IMG/VR virus record: IMGVR_UViG_3300015608_004761
Coordinates: 1 to 64,000 of that record
Length of the DNA: 64,000 nucleotides
Reading direction: 5' to 3' (one strand)
Origin: a virus
Taxonomy: Duplodnaviria; Caudoviricetes
Positions 8,939-18,600 of the stretch are shown one piece after another; positions within the stretch are counted from its first letter, which is position 1; each line of letters begins with the position of its first letter. A program made the position numbers and the translations under genes. The notes under the pieces were generated by a model. That model had not been told where the DNA came from. It saw only the letters and a list, made by a program, of their open reading frames with translations, and ran no database searches.

Positions 8939-9289
8939 TTACTCCGGGTCTGGGGTGTCGTGACCCCAGAAGTAGAAGCCCATGTCGAGGGCTTGGACCC
9001 GGATCTCGTGGGCCTTGCGGCCCACTTCGCTGACCGCGCGAGGATGCCCGTTCAGACGGGCATGCTCGGCGGTCAGCGCCCCGAGCAACTCCTCGATGTT
9101 CTCCCCCTGCTCGGCGTGCAGGGGGCTGGGTTGATGGTGGCTCAAGGGCGCCGAACGCGCCCTTGAGCTGACTACCGCGAGCGCCCGATCTGCCTCTCGG
9201 CAGATCGCGCGCCTCTCGGCCCCCTCCGCCGCAAGCGCGGCGGCGACCAGCTCGTTCATATGGCTTACTGGGTTGGTGCTAGTCATCAT
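8939..9289 (-). CDS. Hypothetical protein; cargo gene of repeat cassette copy 2
   Basis: Same RBS/ATG context as the gene at 252; MMTSTNPVSHMNELVAAALAAEG... Confidence 0.7.
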   Translation of the reverse strand: MMTSTNPVSHMNELVAAALAAEGAERRAICREADRALAVVSSRARSAPLSHHQPSPLHAEQGENIEELLGALTAEHARLNGHPRAVSEVGRKAHEIRVQALDMGFYFWGHDTPDPE

Positions 9290-9546
9290 GGTCGTCTCTC
9301 CTTCTGCGAGGGCCGGTCTGCCCTACACATCCTTTTACCCGACCGGACCCCCTGTTTTGGACCCCCTCCCGGTACGCCGTACGGGGGAAAGAAAAGGCCC
9401 CCGCAGGGCCTTCCGCGCCCCCTTCCGGCGCGGTGGGTGGTGGGTAGGGACTACCGCTTGGGGCAGGAGGCCCCCGGGGCCCACCCCGCCAGGGGGTGGC
9501 GCCGGGCGCCGCACGCCTCCTTCTCCATGTACGCCCCGAAGAGATG
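9286..9546. repeat. ~260-bp direct repeat, copy 2
   Basis: Near-identical to 249-508; contains hairpin AAGGCCC-CGCA-GGGCCTT with a minus-strand U-tract. Confidence 0.95.
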
Positions 9547-9561
9547 TATCGTCCTCCACAT
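9451..9561 (-). CDS. 36-aa truncated paralogue of 413-610 (possibly a remnant)
   Basis: MWRTIHLFGAYMEKEACGARRHPLAGWAPGASCPKR versus ...RHLFGAYLEKEACGARRHPLAGWAPGASCPKR. Confidence 0.45.
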   Translation of the reverse strand: MWRTIHLFGAYMEKEACGARRHPLAGWAPGASCPKR

Positions 9562-9593
9562 CCTTTCACCCGTTTCGGTAGTACCCTTTCCGC

Positions 9594-12500
9594 GTGCCCC
9601 CTCCGTACTACAACTCCATGCAGGCCCAGGCCGGCTTCCTCCCCGCCCCCCAGGTGACCTTCCCGGGGCAGGTCTCGGCCATGATCGCCTCCCAGGGAGG
9701 CGTGGGGGCCTTCGGCGGGATCTTCCCCTCGCAGGTCTACCAGACGGCCGTGGGGCAGGGGCCCGTCTTCCAAGGGCCCACGGGGCTCATGGCGCAGATG
9801 GGCGGGGCCTCGCCCGCCAACCCCTACGCCGCCCCGAACCCCTACGCGGGCATCCCCGCCTACTCGGGATTCCGGGGCAGCCCGGGGCCCTTCGCCCCGT
9901 ACGCGCCGAACCCGCCCCCCGCTTACGGGGGCTTCCAGGGGACGGGCTTCGTGCCGTTCGCCCCCGCCCCCGCGCCCCCGGCCTTCGATACGGCGTACGG
10001 GGGCCAGCTCGCCCAAGCCCAGGCTTCGGCCGAGCGCGCGTGGTTCATGGGTCAGGGGGAGCAAGGCGTCATGGCCCGGATGGGCGTGAACGCCGGCTTC
10101 GGCTTGGCGGGCGCCGCCATCGGGCGACGCTTCGGCGGGCGCCTGGGCGGCGTCATCGGCGGCATCGCCGGCTTCCTCGGCTCCGAGATCGGCGGCGCAG
10201 GCCAGGGGGCGCAGAACCTCTTCGGCAACTGGGTGAGCGCCCCGAGGCTCGCCGAGTTCGGCGCCGCCGGGGCCATCGAGCACATGAGCCAGGGGTTCGT
10301 CTCGGGCGGCCCCCACATGCACGCTCGCGGGCAGGGGTTCAGCCACCACGCCTCGATGGAGGCCGCCCAGGGGCTCACCCAGATGGCGGGCTCGGCCTCG
10401 TTCAGGCGCGAGACGCGCGACCGATTCGGCCAGCAGGACGTCTTCCGCGTCACGCAGCTCGCGAGCGAGGCCGGGATGATGACGGGCGTGGGGTCTCCCG
10501 AGGGGATGGTGGCGCGCGTGCGCGACGTGATGAAGAGCCTGTCGAGCTTCATGGAGCTCGCCAAGGAGCCCGACATCGTGCGGGCCGTTCAGAGCATGCA
10601 GAACTTGCGAGCCTCGGGCCTGAACCTCCAGGAGACCCTCTCGGCGGTCTCACAGGGGCGGGCCTTTGCGCGCATGGCCGGCACGACCTTCCAGTCGCTC
10701 TCGGAGATCGGCGGCGCCATCGGCTCGGCGACGTTCCAGTCCATGGGGATGACGCAGGGGACGGGCTTCGGCGTCGGAATGGGTGCCTACGGGCAGGCGG
10801 CGTCGAGCCTCAACCGTGGCACCATCGGCACGCAGCTCGGCAGCCTCGTGGGCGGCGCGCAGGGCTTGGCCCAGCTCAACGCCATGTACGCCGGGGCGGC
10901 GCTCCAGCACCCGATGACCGTCCCAGGTCTCATGTCGACGACGGGCGGGCTGAACGCGGGCGCGCTGCGCGGCTACTTGGGCGGTCAGGGCGACCTCTTC
11001 TCGCTCACGAGCCAGGGGTCCTCGGCCCTCTCGGGCATGGCCAACCGGATGGGCGTCGGGGGACTGGGGCTCGGCGTCGCGATGCAACCGCTCCTTCAGG
11101 ACACAGTGGGCCGCGCGATGCAGTCGCAGGGCATGTTCGCCGGGCGCAACATCGAGGACCGGCAGGTGATGGCTCTCGCCCGCCAGATGGGCATGAGCGG
11201 TTCGGAGGGCTACATCACCGCCGGGCAGATGATGGGCATGGACCGATCGCAGGTCATCGCCCGCGCCACGGAGCTCGGCTCCTCGTCCTACTGGCAGGGG
11301 CAACGACAGCAGCTCGGCGTCGAGCGCGCCGAGGCGCACGCCGAGGAGCGCCGCCGCCGCGAGGCCAACGCCCCGGGTGCGGGCTCGGTGCTCATGCGCG
11401 ACACGGCCCTCGGGGACGCGACGGCTGGTTTGGGGGAGGCGTACCACCACCTCGCCGTGGGGGTCTCGCGCGCTTTTCGCGGACGCGAGTCGGCCGAGCA
11501 GTTCCTGGCGCCGACGACGGAGAGCGCCCGGAGGCGCCTGGACCGCATGTACCGAGACGTCGGCTCCTTCGCCCGCAACTACCGAGGCCCGGTGAACGAG
11601 GACGACGTGTTCGACCGGGTGTCGACGGACTACAAGATCTCCCGCGCGGTCGGGGCGCGCGGGCTCATGGCGGGCGCCGGGGGGCTGTTCATGAGCCTCA
11701 CGCCCGAGCAGCGCGCGAACGGTCGAAGGAATCTGCGCGAGGGAGGCGAGTTCGCCAACAGCGTCTTAGCCACGAGCTCCACTCAACAACGCGCAGCCAT
11801 GGGGGAGCTCGGCAACACGTTCGGTGGCATGGAGGGCTTGGCGGCCTTCAGCCAGAACCTGAACGATCTGACGCGTCGTGCAGCCGGAGGCGGGGCCGGG
11901 GGGCAGGTCGGAGGCATGGTCCTGAATGGCCTCTTCCGAGGGGGTGTCGGGATGTTAGGCTTCGGCGCCGTCGACCCAGGCAACATCACGGGCTCACGCG
12001 CGATGACCGAGTCGGACTTCCGCGAGGCGTACATGAACTCGATGCGCGGCCGTGGGGTCGGACAGGAAGAGCTCAATCGCCGCTGGTCGCAGGACCGCGA
12101 AACCATCGGGCAACAGGCGGCGTTCATGCGCAACCTGGAGGTGCACACGGCGGCCGAGAACGAGGCGTGGGAGACCTCCGGGTCATTCGCCTCGCGATTC
12201 GGGCGCCGGGGCGGGGTGCTGGGCCGCGTGCGCGAGCGGGAGCAGGGCGCCTACCGGGCGCTCCTCGGGGACGTGGGCCGCGAGGGTCAGCGAGGGTTCC
12301 AGTCCGTGATGGACCGCGTCGAGGGCCTGGGTCGCGAGGGCACGAGCCGGTACGAGCAGACCCGGCGGCTCATGGCGGTGTTCGTCCAGGCCCGCCTCGC
12401 CGCGCAGACGGGCGGCCAGGGCGGGCGCGCACGCGCCAACCGGCTCATCACCGAGGCGGCCGTGGCGGCAGGCCAGCAGGGCATGAGCGCGACGGACATC

Positions 12501-13205
12501 ACCGACGTGGGGCACCGGGCCGAGGGGCTCACGAGCGAGTTCGTCGGCAACGAGGAGGCCGTGATGGGCGCGAGCGGCTTCATCGAGCACGCCCGCTCGG
12601 GCGCGTCCGCCCTCACGGCCATCGGCGAGCAGGGCACGGCGCTCGACCAGGGCCGGGCGGTGCGCCGCGTGGGCTCGGGCTTCGCCTCCTACGCGACGGG
12701 CGGCGGCGTGCTTCAGGACGTGCTGAGGGGGACGACGGCGGGCTCGTACAACGAGGAGGAGGTGCGCGGCAAACTCATGAGCATGACGCGCCAGCAGCTC
12801 GAACGCCTCCGTCGCGAGGGCCGTGGGGGTGCGCGCATCGCCGACCTGATCCGACGGGGGGACTTCGCCGAGATCAGCCAGATGGCAGGTCGGCGCGGCG
12901 AGCGGGCCGAAGAACTTCGGAGCCGCTACGACCAGGAGGAGTCGAGCTGGTTCCGGCGCGTGATGGGCACCGACGCCTCGGCCCGCGAGGGCTACGTGAA
13001 CGAGCACCTCCAGACGCTCTCCGGCCGCGAGCGCGACCTGGACCGGCAGTCCCGAGACTCCGAAGCCACCGAGAGCGAGATGCGCGGAGGGCGCCTGGGC
13101 ACCGTGACCGACAACCTCGCCGAGGTCACGCGCAACTTGGCCGAGGTCACGCGTAACCTTAGCGACGTGGAAACCAACCGTCAGCTCGGAGGAATGGTCG
13201 GATGA
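9594..13205 (+). CDS. Tail tape measure protein
   Basis: 1203 aa, Gly/Ala/Met-rich and helical with hydrophobic GG-rich stretches; lies between the chaperone and baseplate genes. Confidence 0.75.
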   Translation: MPPPYYNSMQAQAGFLPAPQVTFPGQVSAMIASQGGVGAFGGIFPSQVYQTAVGQGPVFQGPTGLMAQMGGASPANPYAAPNPYAGIPAYSGFRGSPGPFAPYAPNPPPAYGGFQGTGFVPFAPAPAPPAFDTAYGGQLAQAQASAERAWFMGQGEQGVMARMGVNAGFGLAGAAIGRRFGGRLGGVIGGIAGFLGSEIGGAGQGAQNLFGNWVSAPRLAEFGAAGAIEHMSQGFVSGGPHMHARGQGFSHHASMEAAQGLTQMAGSASFRRETRDRFGQQDVFRVTQLASEAGMMTGVGSPEGMVARVRDVMKSLSSFMELAKEPDIVRAVQSMQNLRASGLNLQETLSAVSQGRAFARMAGTTFQSLSEIGGAIGSATFQSMGMTQGTGFGVGMGAYGQAASSLNRGTIGTQLGSLVGGAQGLAQLNAMYAGAALQHPMTVPGLMSTTGGLNAGALRGYLGGQGDLFSLTSQGSSALSGMANRMGVGGLGLGVAMQPLLQDTVGRAMQSQGMFAGRNIEDRQVMALARQMGMSGSEGYITAGQMMGMDRSQVIARATELGSSSYWQGQRQQLGVERAEAHAEERRRREANAPGAGSVLMRDTALGDATAGLGEAYHHLAVGVSRAFRGRESAEQFLAPTTESARRRLDRMYRDVGSFARNYRGPVNEDDVFDRVSTDYKISRAVGARGLMAGAGGLFMSLTPEQRANGRRNLREGGEFANSVLATSSTQQRAAMGELGNTFGGMEGLAAFSQNLNDLTRRAAGGGAGGQVGGMVLNGLFRGGVGMLGFGAVDPGNITGSRAMTESDFREAYMNSMRGRGVGQEELNRRWSQDRETIGQQAAFMRNLEVHTAAENEAWETSGSFASRFGRRGGVLGRVREREQGAYRALLGDVGREGQRGFQSVMDRVEGLGREGTSRYEQTRRLMAVFVQARLAAQTGGQGGRARANRLITEAAVAAGQQGMSATDITDVGHRAEGLTSEFVGNEEAVMGASGFIEHARSGASALTAIGEQGTALDQGRAVRRVGSGFASYATGGGVLQDVLRGTTAGSYNEEEVRGKLMSMTRQQLERLRREGRGGARIADLIRRGDFAEISQMAGRRGERAEELRSRYDQEESSWFRRVMGTDASAREGYVNEHLQTLSGRERDLDRQSRDSEATESEMRGGRLGTVTDNLAEVTRNLAEVTRNLSDVETNRQLGGMVG

Positions 13206-13396
13206 CGCCCGCAACGCCGCGCAAGCGCGTGCCCGCATCGACCCTGCATGTCCTCACCGAGCGCCACGAGGCGCTTTGTACGGCGTACCGGTCCGACCTC
13301 GCGCCCGAGGTGGGGATGCCCTCGGTGCGCTCGACCGCGCGCGCCCTGGTGAGGGACCGGTCCGTCCTCGACATGTACAAGTCGGTGAGGCGTTGA
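13202..13396 (+). CDS. Hypothetical protein
   Basis: ATGA-coupled to the tape measure stop; fills the gap. Confidence 0.5.
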   Translation: MTPATPRKRVPASTLHVLTERHEALCTAYRSDLAPEVGMPSVRSTARALVRDRSVLDMYKSVRR

Positions 13397-13397
13397 G

Positions 13398-14585
13398 ATG
13401 GCCCTGATCCCCGGCAGCGACAGCGCCCGTGGCGAGGGCTCGCCCCTCTTCGACCCAAGCCACGGCGTGGGCGGCACCTTCGCCCAGTGGATCCAGGGCG
13501 CGACGCCGAAGTACGCCAAGAACGACGGCGGCGGGCGGCAGGACATCTTCCGCGACTCGCTCGCCCGCCTGTTCGTGCGGGTCGATCAGGAGGAGTGGCC
13601 CCTGTTCGAGAGCTCGTTCGCCGACAGCCACACCCGCACCCAGCTCATCCCGCGAGCGGCCGGCGACCCTCGCGGCTCTCGCGGATACATCGACTTCCTG
13701 ATCCAGGAGATGGCCCTCGACTTCAACGAGAAGTACGACGCGGCAGAGACGCTCGGGGACAACTACGTCCTCTACACCTTCGGTCAAGCGGCCCCGACGG
13801 CGTCGTTCCAGGGCGTGCTCATCAACACGGTGCAGGACGATCAGGCCACGAACTTCCTGCGCCTGTACCTGCAACTCTTCCGCGCGACCGAGCTCGCTCG
13901 CCGGCAGAAGGCGGCCCACGTCAAGATCGACTCGTACATCTTCACGGGCGTGATGGTGAACTTGCGCATGAACTACCGCGCGGTGATGGAGGTGGCGGTC
14001 CCGTTCAGCTTCCAGTTCATCATCAAGAAGATCGCCTTCACGAACTACACGATCGGCTGGCGCCCGACGAGCGTGGGCACCCCCTTCGCCACGGACCTGA
14101 ACGCCGTGCCGGCCGACGCCCGCATCGGGCCCGAGCGACCTGCGACGGCCGTGACGTTCGCGCTGACGCCGGACGTGCAGCGTCAGGACGAAGCCCCCCA
14201 GGTGAGTCTCCAGCCTCCTCCCGAGGCGCCGAGGCCCAACGAGCGCGCCGAGGCCCTCCGAAGGGACCTCATCTCCAACGAGAACGCGCAGGCCGCCGTG
14301 CGACAGCGTGGGGAGGAGATCCGCCGCAACCACAGCATCTTCGACGACCCGTTGGAGTTCCAGCTCCGTGGTGTGCAGTCGGAGTCCCTGCGGCTCAACG
14401 AGCAGCGCGCCCAGCTCGAACGTGACCTCGCCGAGGCCGAGGCGCACCCCGCCGCGCCCGTCGTCTCCAACGCCCCGCCCGTGCCGGCGGACGGCGCCAC
14501 AACGCCCGCGCCGGACCCCGCGCCCACGGCGGCGGGTTCGCCCCAGACGAACCTGCCCTTCACTCCTCCCGGAAGCCGCCCGTGA
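13398..14585 (+). CDS. Putative tail/baseplate protein (tube-initiator-like)
   Basis: FLIQEMALDFNEKY..ETLGDNYVLYTFGQAAPTASFQGVLIN beta-rich pattern; follows the tape measure gene. Confidence 0.55.
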   Translation: MALIPGSDSARGEGSPLFDPSHGVGGTFAQWIQGATPKYAKNDGGGRQDIFRDSLARLFVRVDQEEWPLFESSFADSHTRTQLIPRAAGDPRGSRGYIDFLIQEMALDFNEKYDAAETLGDNYVLYTFGQAAPTASFQGVLINTVQDDQATNFLRLYLQLFRATELARRQKAAHVKIDSYIFTGVMVNLRMNYRAVMEVAVPFSFQFIIKKIAFTNYTIGWRPTSVGTPFATDLNAVPADARIGPERPATAVTFALTPDVQRQDEAPQVSLQPPPEAPRPNERAEALRRDLISNENAQAAVRQRGEEIRRNHSIFDDPLEFQLRGVQSESLRLNEQRAQLERDLAEAEAHPAAPVVSNAPPVPADGATTPAPDPAPTAAGSPQTNLPFTPPGSRP

Positions 14586-15661
14586 CCGCGCGCCTCCAGT
14601 CCTTCACCCCGGAGTCCGGGTCCCTCGTCTCGCAGTACGAGCCGATCTTCGTGCTGCTCGCGCTCGACCCGGGCACGACCTCCCGATCGCTCACGATGTC
14701 CGTCAACGGATCGCCCATCCTCACGTGGACGGGCGGCTTCGTCTCGCTCGCCCCGGCCTACTTCGGGGACGTCTCGGCGAGCCCCACGCAGCTCTCGGCC
14801 ACGCTCGTCCGCGACGGTGGGTGGGCCGTGGGGGTGAGCTACTCCTGGAGTACGGCGTACTCGGACTCGAACGGGGCCTTGCCGACCGTCTCCGGGCGGC
14901 TCGCCCGCACCGCCTACACCCTGACGCGCACCCCAGCGTCCGACCAGTCGAACGTGCCCCCGAGGGCGCCCGTGTCGCTGCTCGTGGACTTCGAGGCGGG
15001 GTTGGCGCGGGCGCCAGCGCTCACGCTGAACGGGGACGAGACCGTCAACGAGGACGGCGAGCTCCTGACGCCCGCGTACTCGGGACGTTCCGGCTACGCT
15101 GGCCTGAAGGGCTGGTCGTTCGTGAACCACCGCCGATCCTTCCGTCGCGGTGCCCGGGTCCGGGTGGACGCCGGGCTCGTTGTCTCGATCGGGGGACTCA
15201 TCTACAAGGCGCGCGAGTCGTGGCAGTTCGACGTGGCCGAGACGCCCGCATCGCCACGCTGGACGCCCCCGTCGCTCTCGCCGCCCGCCTACGCCCAGAG
15301 CCCCGTCGTGGCCGCGCTGCGTCAGGTGGCGGCCTCGTGCCTCCTCACGCGAGGCAGGTCCCCGGCGCTACTCACGCTCCTGGTGGACCTCGCTCTGCAC
15401 TCCGAGGTGGGTCAGCTCTTGAAGCCGTTCGTGACGGGCGCGGGGCCTCAGCTCCTGCCCGAGGACCTCCCGCCCGACGCGGCGATCGTCGATCTCGTGA
15501 CCAAGGCCGACCCGTTCTGGCGTGCTGCGCTCCAGATCGCTGCGCCCGGCGAGGAGCGCGAAGCCCTTGAGCGGGCCTGGGCCTCGGAGCACCCGATCGA
15601 GCGGGCGGCTGCGCTCGCCGTGATCCTCTGCTACGCCGAGGGCCTGCGCAATGGCCATTGA
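14582..15661 (+). CDS. Virion structural protein with Ig-like segments
   Basis: Two units starting xxP-x-xxSxxVxxxxP (FTPESGSLVSQYEPI, RTPASDQSNVPPRAPV); tail operon. Confidence 0.5.
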   Translation: MTARLQSFTPESGSLVSQYEPIFVLLALDPGTTSRSLTMSVNGSPILTWTGGFVSLAPAYFGDVSASPTQLSATLVRDGGWAVGVSYSWSTAYSDSNGALPTVSGRLARTAYTLTRTPASDQSNVPPRAPVSLLVDFEAGLARAPALTLNGDETVNEDGELLTPAYSGRSGYAGLKGWSFVNHRRSFRRGARVRVDAGLVVSIGGLIYKARESWQFDVAETPASPRWTPPSLSPPAYAQSPVVAALRQVAASCLLTRGRSPALLTLLVDLALHSEVGQLLKPFVTGAGPQLLPEDLPPDAAIVDLVTKADPFWRAALQIAAPGEEREALERAWASEHPIERAAALAVILCYAEGLRNGH

Positions 15662-18600
15662 CCCCACCGCCGCGAGGCCCGCCAGCACCCCGTCGGACAA
15701 CCCGACCTACCAGGGCGCCTGGGTCTGCTACATCAACGGCCGCGCGGTCCCCATCTACGCCTTCGACACGACCTCGCGCGTGTGGGAGCCGCCCACGGCG
15801 CGCATCCACCTCCTGCCGGACGTGCTCCTCATGCGCCTCGGGCACGAGGACCGGGTGCCGGTCGCCTTTTTTTACCTGGACCACTGGGTCGACCCGGCCA
15901 AGCCGGACTTCCGGCTCCTCTTCGACGGCGAGATCCTGGGGTGGAGCTACTCGCACGCCAAGGGCACGCGCACGGTGAGCTTCACCGTCACCGCGCACAT
16001 CCACATCTTCCAGCAGCTCTACTTCCAGTACATGACGAACATCGACGACGTCGTGGCGGCCCGGTCGCCCGAACTCGTCGCGAGCTCCATCGCCACGACG
16101 CCCGGCCCCATCTACCCGTACGCCCTCTACCACCAGGGGCTGAACCAGACGGCCGCGCAGATCGAGGCGGCGACCCCTCGCCCCGGGGTCACGGTGACGG
16201 ACGTGAACCTCGACGCCGAGACGCCCGGCGCCACGCTGCCCATCCAGGCGCCTTACGAGCTGGTCTACAACGCAGTCAAGGGTTGCATCGACGCGACGAT
16301 CCCCAACGAGCGCCGCAGCCTGCCGATGATGAACTTCTTCGCTCGGCACATCAGGAAGACCCAGTTCCACAACCGCTGGGTGCGCCTGCCGATCATGGAG
16401 GACCCGGCGGTGTTGGCCGGTGAGCTCGGCGTCTTCCCGATCTTCCGCGCGGCCCGCAGCGTCGAGGCCCTGAACGCGATGCAGCGCCACGTGGCCTCCC
16501 AGGTGGGGAACGCCGGCCCCGTGTGGAACGTGTTCCAGCAGACGCTGGGGCTCGTCTACATGGAGATCGGCATGGTCCCGAACCCGTGCTCGGTGCTCGT
16601 GCAGTTGAACGACACCTCCGGCGTGGGCAACCCCGTCGACGGTCGGATCATCGGGCACCCGAGGTACGACACGCCGCTGCGAGACCAACGGACCGTGGAC
16701 GCCCAGCAGGGCCCCGCGCCTCAGGCCCCTGAGACCTTCCGCCGCGACCCGCCCTCCCCACTTCGCCGGAGCGAGGAGGAGCCGCTCTTCGTGCCCGAGG
16801 AGCCGACCCAGCGGATCGCCGTGGTCGACAACTCCGAACGCGTGGTCTCGACGGCCCCCGTGGGGAGCGGCGTGCGGTTCAACCGGGTGGGGGCCGGCGG
16901 CACCGAGTTCGGCGTCGACCCGCTCACGCCCATCCGGCTCGCGCAGTACTTCGTCAAGCCCGCGATGCACTTCGCCGAGCCCCCGGCCTGCAACGTGATC
17001 TTCCCGTCCATGGTCGACTCCTGGACCTACGACGAGAACTATCTGGCGCAGCCCACGCGCATCTACGTCAACGACTCGGTGATGACGGGCCTGCTCCGGG
17101 CGGACGGCGCCAACCGCGAGTTCATGCTGCACGCGCTCACCGTCGCCTACCCCGAGGAGGCCGACGCGCTCCTGCACCACAAGGTGAACGCCGCCGTGGG
17201 CGGGGCGGGTTCCACCGCCCCGACCGAGTCGGGTAAGAACCTGCTCCTGTGGCCCGAGGAGTACTACAAGGGCCCGGTCACGGCCAAGAGCGCCCTGCCC
17301 GCGTGGTTCCAGTTCGCCCGCCAGTTCTCGAACGCCCAGGCGGCCACGCTCGGCGCGGCCGGGTCGGGAGGGCCCGCCGTGGGGGTCCCGCCGTCGGGCC
17401 TCGCCCGCGCCGAGAGCTTGATGGGGGGCCCGGCGGGGAGCGTTTCCGGGGGTTTGGCCTTCAGCGTCGCCCGCCGGAACTCCCAGGGGCAGAGCTACTT
17501 CCACGCCGGGAGCGACATCTCGGCCGCCATCGGCACCCCGGTGTACGCCGTACTGCCCGGTCAGGTCTCGGAGGTGGTCGCCAACTTCCAGCCCTCGGGC
17601 GACAAGTGCGGCAACATGGTGGTCGTCAACCACCCGCGCTCGGGCCCCAACGGCGAGACCGTCACCTGCATCTACATGCACTTCCAGCGCTTCGGCGAGG
17701 GGATCTCCGAGGGCCGCCGCGTGAACCCGGGGGACGTCCTCGGGTACGTGGGCGTCACCAACGGCTCGGCGCCCGACCGCGACGCCGTGATCCGGGCGTT
17801 CAACATCCCGCCCGCCAAGGCGCTCGAAGCCTTCAACGCGGGGACCCAGGCGGGCGCCGAGCGCGTTCTGGCCCCGTTCCTGGAGAACCGCCCGATCCCG
17901 AGCGGCACGGACCTCTCGCGCAAGCCCTGGAGCTACACCGAGCGCGAGGCCAACCCCGATCAGGCCGCCCGCGCCCGCGTGCCCCACACCCCGGTGCCGC
18001 AGTGGAAGATCCTCGCCCGTTGCGTAGCGGGCCTCTTCCACCAGACGGGCGGGGCGCACTGCCACCTGGAGGTCATCTTCACGCCGCCCGGCCAGCGGAT
18101 CGACCGTTCGCCCCCGCGATACGTGAACAACGTGCTCACGCCCAACAACCGCGTGGACGCCGTGGCGTGGCTGGCGAGCATCGGGGTCGCCCTCGGCACC
18201 AACCACTCGCGCGCCCCCGGCCCCTCCCGCCGTGGCCGCATCCCGCCCGCGACGGGCGCCCCGGCACCCACGCCCGACATCAACACCGCGAACCTGACGG
18301 CCTCGGCGCCCGCGTCGGCCGCCCCGCTGCCTTCGGCGGGGGTGTCGCCTCAGATCACCACCGTGGCGCGGAACATCCCGCGCATCGCCCCCAACGCAGG
18401 CGCGGCGACCCCCGGCGCGGGGGGACCCGGCGCGCCGCACACGACCGCCCACGAGGCGCCAACGACCACGGCCCTCGCCCCCGGCGGCACGGCGGCCGAG
18501 GGGGACAGCTTTGCGTCCCTCTTCCGCCTCTACGCCCAGCAGGAGTACCTGCGCCAGCGCTACGCCCAGCGCGGGGCGGGCGTGAACATGCGCTTCAACC

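Noticed and set aside
249-9546. Repeat pair as IS ends, att sites or a DGR TR/VR pair
   Set aside because: No transposase, integrase or reverse transcriptase seen; differences are not adenine-specific
13112-13170. 21-bp tandem repeat (NLAEVTR x2) at the tape measure C-terminus
   Set aside because: Ordinary coiled-coil heptad duplication
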